Origin: a virus
Taxonomy: Duplodnaviria > Caudoviricetes
IMG/VR virus record: IMGVR_UViG_3300049455_000013
Location: 1 to 60,671 of that record
Direction: 5' to 3' (one strand)
Length of the DNA: 60,671 nucleotides
The first letter of the stretch is position 1; each line of letters begins with the position of its first letter. Shown in pieces: positions 57,001 through 60,671 of this stretch. The notes under the pieces were generated by a model. It saw only the letters and a program-made list of their open reading frames with translations, made no database searches and was not told the DNA's origin. The position numbers were made by a program, and so were the translations under genes.

Positions 57001-59118
57001 TTCGGGCCGTACGCGGAGTCCCGGTTCAACGGCAACGAAGAGAAGGTGCACACCTTCTTGAACCAGATCGTCGTGCGCAAGAAGAACCTGACCAGTAGCT
57101 TTGACCAGCTCTACCTGGGTCACGTCAAGTCGTCTGAGCTGAAGATCTCCGGTCCGAACCATCAGACCGAAGCCAAGAAGATCATGGAGCAGCCGAACAA
57201 GAGCCTGCTCACGAAGGCATCGGAGCTGACCCCCGAGCACATTGCCGCCATGCCAAAGGCCGACAAGGACAACCTGGCGGAAAAGCTTGCGAGCCTTCAG
57301 CAGGATCTGATATCGCCAACCTTAAAAAAGACGGCTGGCGATCTCCACGCCAAGCTATCCGGCAAGACCCCCGCGTCGGTCCTGCCGGCAGCTCCTCTCC
57401 CGGCGGGTACGCCGGCTCACGTCCAGCACGCCCAGTCTCTTGCCACCGGGGCAACCTACGGCACCGCGAAGGCGAAGCTGGCGGCGTACGAGAAGCTGAC
57501 CGCTCCTGAGTACCACTCCCTGCCGCATGAGGTCCAGGTGGCTATCCACATGGACCTCAACGAGGCTCACGAAAAGTTCGTGGACCCAAAAAAGAAGGCT
57601 GCCGTCAAGGCGGCGCTGAGCAAGTTGGGGGCGCCTGGGGAGGCGGGTGCGGAGGTTACCGCGCATCAGCACGCCGTGGCTCACGATGCCGTGAAGCAGC
57701 TCACTGGCACGGGGCCGGTGGCGGCACCGGCTTCGGTGGTTCAGAGCTGGCAGAACGCGAAGGACGGCAAGGCTGGAGGTTTGGGCTCATCTGTCGACGA
57801 GCAGGCTTCCACGCTCAGCAAGAACTTTGCCCAGACCTGGGCGTTCAAGTACCTGGAGAACGAACCCTTCATGGCTTCTGCGTTCTCGCCGGCCGAGCAG
57901 AAGACGATCAAGACCAAGGTCGCGGCCGAGATGAAGGATATGTTAGTCAAGGGGCTGGCCGAACCTCCACCGAACACGATTCTCCAGGTGGCCAAAGATG
58001 GCCCGAACATGAATCTGGCGGCTAAGGCAGAGATCTTCAAGCATCTTGCCGGGATCAAGTCCCAGCCGGTATCAAAGCCGGCTGGGATGAAGACCTCGGC
58101 AGGACTTGGTAAGGGTAAGAGTCTCGCGAAGATCTCGGATGGCGCGAAGGACAAACTGCTCCAGGCATACAAGGGCCAGGGTGCGGATTCGTATCTGAAG
58201 AGTCCGGTTGAGGACAACTACGCGGCCGTCCTGGCAGTGGCGCACGCTCATCACAATAAGCCTGGCTATGGTTCCCTGAGCCTGTCTCAGGTCATCGATT
58301 CGATCGACGAGGCGTCCGCCAAAAAGGCCGGGCTCGCCAACTCGGGAGCGCTCAAGCAGAAGATCTCGGACTGGTTGGCGACTCCGGAGGGCAAGAAGTA
58401 CGCACTCAAGGCTAAGCCCGATTTGACCAAGGTTGACCAGATCGCAGCCGGTGTCGTCGAGCCGATCAAGCTCATAAAGCCTGGCAAGCCGGGCCAACTG
58501 GTGAAGGGGAACAAGCTCCAGAAGGTCGGCGGCCCTGGCGGCTACAAGGCCAGCGAGACGGATTTCCCGGCGCTGTCACACAGCCAGATATCGGCAGTCC
58601 AGACCGAGTACCAGATCAGCGCTGGTGCCCAGTGGAACGCGAAGCAGCGTCAGGCGATCAAGGAATACACCAGCTCGTCCTACATCGAGATCAACGGCTG
58701 GCTTCGTGACGGGGGTGAACCCTACGGCGGGCAGGCGACGATTGAGCACGCCCATGCGCTCCAGTCCGCCATGCTGCCGCTCCAGCAGAACGCACAGTTT
58801 GCCCGAGGTACGGACTGGAGCCAGTTCCCGCCCGGATTCCAGGATCCGACCGCTGTCAAGAAGCTGGTCGGAAAGACCATTGATGATCCTGGATTCATCT
58901 CTACCGCTACAGCCGGGCAGTCGCAGGGATTCCAGTCCAAGAAAGTCCGGCTGGTGATCGAGGCGCCGAAGGGGACCATGGGCGCCTACGTGGAGCATCA
59001 CACGAGCGTTTCGGGCGAGTATGAGTTCATCCTGGCGGCCGGCACCAAGTTCAAGGTGCTGAAGGTCGCGGAGGATCACTACGGCAAGACGGTGGTTACG
59101 TTGCGGGTGGTGTCATGA
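54082..59118 (+). CDS. Polyvalent protein: GNAT + HipA-like kinase + VIP2/Alt-like ADP-ribosyltransferase
   Basis: QRGKGLAG...WYKTHGF; KFLVK...E...DWLIGNHDAHPGNFL...IDKG; YT..SY.EIN..LR, ARG, FISTA, EYEFIL. Confidence 0.8.
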   Translation: MSDVAELYGLGWSAPSLYDLDEFGDWTEGLHPRGHGGKFATAVAKVQAKHPGVELRVGHSGGDTARVSLIRTPESQRGKGLAGAAMRDLTKAADEHGVRLTLTPEPLAGDRKTSKAKLAAWYKTHGFVENKGRNKDYEISDTMHRAPRSLTAASKQRIEDPESPKVHTGWSPARPNWADLYAQVDHDPGGFYSQPAMAHWTCDVGEFCRNPLHPGPCKGWKHMLHSVAPGAYHAYEKGRVAKLNEQRKAKIAALEALGQPVPAYLKKEVTYAQVPKAPAGYSPPFTPSAEALKAIPTKAEIGAELDKKHAAIAVTQKAAHADKQHLALINSAKALGYPIGSSEKAKIKFHEIAANLKPGEKISDQPLIATAIDQLATRAEEILAKNGQGSTPGLHKVIAQDIAAHVDAGIPEPPLTVQSVLNAKPAAHVPHNDMQHAAAVAGLVTGSPHHGVSVGHQHSAYDSPNVNKQEYDKLKPVEQKNVKDHLVAMYDSAPGQTTSAAAKLGIPMMEILDPTGMGAPGKPKSIEAQQVMQAISDPGKSAAQRLAAYEGLTKDSLAELPEGYQKSLKGDLQEMIDKGGYFGETATPVHAKLFGAVAGSTPDHAAEAKKIMGQPDKSLITKAAELTPEHIAALPSADKAALAKKLADIEPDLSPGLAKTAGDIHAKLVGPKTSPTTKKVPQHLVDAAATEAQKLNSTPIDHEKILTAHESVDWSKVNTAGHDSAAMDLHQILNNSTVPQAQKDRAKVLLSKINNTHAAPDKPGSIKAPAGTPNGKLTPTGQKLGTHGAEVAADVTGKKFLVKPHAPYGDFTSHGEVGASQLAKSVGLPTPEVHLTPDGTVQELVPGAKDAFPGKQFDPAKLSSQDVLDLQKHHVLDWLIGNHDAHPGNFLRDADGNLVEIDKGQAFKHYHEDKLSSEYHPNAVYGESPPVYNTLLKAAELGDVQLHSPAPGEPLGEFIKQVQAIPTAKIAQMFGPYAESRFNGNEEKVHTFLNQIVVRKKNLTSSFDQLYLGHVKSSELKISGPNHQTEAKKIMEQPNKSLLTKASELTPEHIAAMPKADKDNLAEKLASLQQDLISPTLKKTAGDLHAKLSGKTPASVLPAAPLPAGTPAHVQHAQSLATGATYGTAKAKLAAYEKLTAPEYHSLPHEVQVAIHMDLNEAHEKFVDPKKKAAVKAALSKLGAPGEAGAEVTAHQHAVAHDAVKQLTGTGPVAAPASVVQSWQNAKDGKAGGLGSSVDEQASTLSKNFAQTWAFKYLENEPFMASAFSPAEQKTIKTKVAAEMKDMLVKGLAEPPPNTILQVAKDGPNMNLAAKAEIFKHLAGIKSQPVSKPAGMKTSAGLGKGKSLAKISDGAKDKLLQAYKGQGADSYLKSPVEDNYAAVLAVAHAHHNKPGYGSLSLSQVIDSIDEASAKKAGLANSGALKQKISDWLATPEGKKYALKAKPDLTKVDQIAAGVVEPIKLIKPGKPGQLVKGNKLQKVGGPGGYKASETDFPALSHSQISAVQTEYQISAGAQWNAKQRQAIKEYTSSSYIEINGWLRDGGEPYGGQATIEHAHALQSAMLPLQQNAQFARGTDWSQFPPGFQDPTAVKKLVGKTIDDPGFISTATAGQSQGFQSKKVRLVIEAPKGTMGAYVEHHTSVSGEYEFILAAGTKFKVLKVAEDHYGKTVVTLRVVS
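55891..57363 (+). repeat. Internal ~67-aa duplication (55891-56091 and 57160-57363) flanking the kinase domain
   Basis: EAKKIM.QP.KSL.TKA.ELTPEHIAA.P.ADK..LA.KLA....DL.P.L.KTAGD.HAKL occurs twice. Confidence 0.85.
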
Positions 59119-59276
59119 CGGACAAGAAGCAGCCGCGCGGCGATGAGCGCTGGGGTGACCTTGAGCTACGCGTGGTGGATGATGTACCCGACGCTGAGGA
59201 AGGCCAGGGTATGACGCCTGAAGAGATCCAGGCGTTCCTGGACCGGCCGCTAGGAACCGAGGAGGAGGGGCAATGA
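59115..59276 (+). CDS. 53-aa acidic protein (candidate immunity partner)
   Basis: ATGA coupling to both the ART gene and the protease gene. Confidence 0.65.
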   Translation: MTDKKQPRGDERWGDLELRVVDDVPDAEEGQGMTPEEIQAFLDRPLGTEEEGQ

Positions 59277-60671
59277 CGGACCCCTGCACCGATTGCCCCG
59301 ACGACTTCGCGGCCGTCACGGCGACTGATGAGACCGAGCCGGACGCCGGGCTGGACCCGCGTGGGACCAAGGTCACGAAGTGGGGGCCTGCTCTGCTCGC
59401 GCCGATCGGGAAGCCGACCGGCGACAAGCGGCGCTTCGCGGCCGGTGCGCTGAGCAATCGGGATCTTCCCCTCGGGCTGAAGTGGCAGCGCCAGGACGGG
59501 CAGGGGCATTCCGGCTCGGTGGTCATCGGCACCTTGGACGGCATCACCTACGACGAGGACGGCGCGCCGTCCGGCTTCGGCTTGCTGTTCAATCCGGACG
59601 CCGCCCAGCTCCCGCGCCTCGCCGAAGACGTGAACGAGGCTCGGATGCTGCTGGAGCAGGGCGTCATCGGGCCTTCGGTGGACCTGGACGATATGGAGTT
59701 CCACGCGCTCGACGATAAAGAGGCCGGCCAGTACGCGGCCGACCAGCGCCCGGAGATCGAGGTGACCCGGGGCCGGATCAGCGCGGCCACCTTGGTGCCG
59801 ATCCCCGCCTTCGCCGAGGCTCGTTCGCTGCCGCTGACCGACATGGACCCGGCGGACTATGCGGCCGAGCTGGAGGCACACAACCTGGCGCTGACCGCTG
59901 CCGTTCGTTCCAACTGGAGTGGCGTGCCGATCGCGGACGGGGGCACCTGGGACGCGGGCGAGGCCGCCAAGCGGGTACGCGACTGGGCCAGCGGAGACGC
60001 GGGCAAGGAAGCTCAGGCATACCTCTGGTCGGACGGCAACCAGCACAAGTTCCCGATCGCGGATGTGGTGAACGGCGGCCTGAAGGTGGTTCCGGCGGCG
60101 CTCGGCGCGGCGGCGGCCATCCTCAACGGGGCACGCGGTGGCACGACCATCCCCGAGCCTGACCAGGCGCGGATGCGCTCAATCGTCGCCTCGCTGCGCA
60201 AGCGGGCCGGCGGTACCGAAAGCGGCGACTTCGCCGAGGCAGTGATGGGGGCGATGGTGGCCGCAGCCAACCTGAACGAGATGGAGTCGGCCCCGCTGCC
60301 GGCCGAGTGGTTCGCCGATCCGGAGCTGGCCGGGCCGACCGCGCTCACGGTCACTCCAGATGGACGGGTATTCGGGCACCTGGCCACTTGGCGTACCTGC
60401 CACACGGGCATCCCCAACGCCTGCACCACAGCGCCGAAGTCGCGCAGTAAGTACGCCTACTTCCACACGGGCGCGGTCGACACCACGGCGGGAGAGATGG
60501 CCGTGGGTCGGATCTCCACGGGCGGCGGCCACGCCGACACCCGCTGGGGCTTCCAGGCGGCGGCCGAGCACTACGACTCGACCAGCGCCCAGGCGGCCGT
60601 GGTCCGGGCCGGCGAGGACAAGCACGGGATCTGGGTGGCCGGCGCGGCGCTGCCCGGCGCCGACCTGGCCG
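59273..60671 (+). CDS. Capsid maturation protease, 5' part (continues at window start to 962)
   Basis: PTGDKRRF...RDLPLGLKWQ....GH..SV.IG, GPSVDLD, ATLVPIPAF, GRVFGHLA.W.TCH. Confidence 0.85.
   Translation, partial: MTDPCTDCPDDFAAVTATDETEPDAGLDPRGTKVTKWGPALLAPIGKPTGDKRRFAAGALSNRDLPLGLKWQRQDGQGHSGSVVIGTLDGITYDEDGAPSGFGLLFNPDAAQLPRLAEDVNEARMLLEQGVIGPSVDLDDMEFHALDDKEAGQYAADQRPEIEVTRGRISAATLVPIPAFAEARSLPLTDMDPADYAAELEAHNLALTAAVRSNWSGVPIADGGTWDAGEAAKRVRDWASGDAGKEAQAYLWSDGNQHKFPIADVVNGGLKVVPAALGAAAAILNGARGGTTIPEPDQARMRSIVASLRKRAGGTESGDFAEAVMGAMVAAANLNEMESAPLPAEWFADPELAGPTALTVTPDGRVFGHLATWRTCHTGIPNACTTAPKSRSKYAYFHTGAVDTTAGEMAVGRISTGGGHADTRWGFQAAAEHYDSTSAQAAVVRAGEDKHGIWVAGAALPGADLA
60393..60671. repeat. 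Terminal direct repeat / circular overlap, copy 2
   Basis: 279-bp match to 1..279. Confidence 0.95.

Noticed and set aside
1-60671. CRISPR array, integrase/attP, IS elements, introns or inteins
   Set aside because: No regularly spaced repeats or recognisable catalytic motifs found by eye; a search could still reveal divergent ones

Overview
Essentially complete, circularly permuted, very GC-rich actinobacterial siphophage genome. The unit length is about 60,392 bp, because 1..279 is repeated at 60393..60671. Virion genes resemble mycobacteriophage cluster-B-like phages: terminase, portal, MuF protein, maturation protease spanning the window ends, separate capsid hexamer and pentamer proteins, tail module, endolysin and holin-like genes. 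Non-virion genes include an ERF recombinase, replication initiator, HNH, ParB-like, DUF932, DnaQ, MazG-like, HIT, HAD and many small genes. I recognised no integrase, DNA polymerase, LysB, canonical tRNA or CRISPR array. Most notable: (1) an ~850-nt highly structured non-coding locus with its own promoter and four anticodon-less tRNA-like (T-arm) modules; (2) a 1678-aa MuF-adjacent polyvalent protein combining GNAT, HipA-like kinase and ADP-ribosyltransferase domains; (3) a palindromic start-associated motif CCACCTGGAGG before many early genes; (4) a BldC-like gene, a HicA-like/ParB-like fusion and an Acb2/Tad1-like gene; (5) a C-to-T-only mutation cluster between the two terminal copies. All family calls are motif recognition by eye, not database searches.
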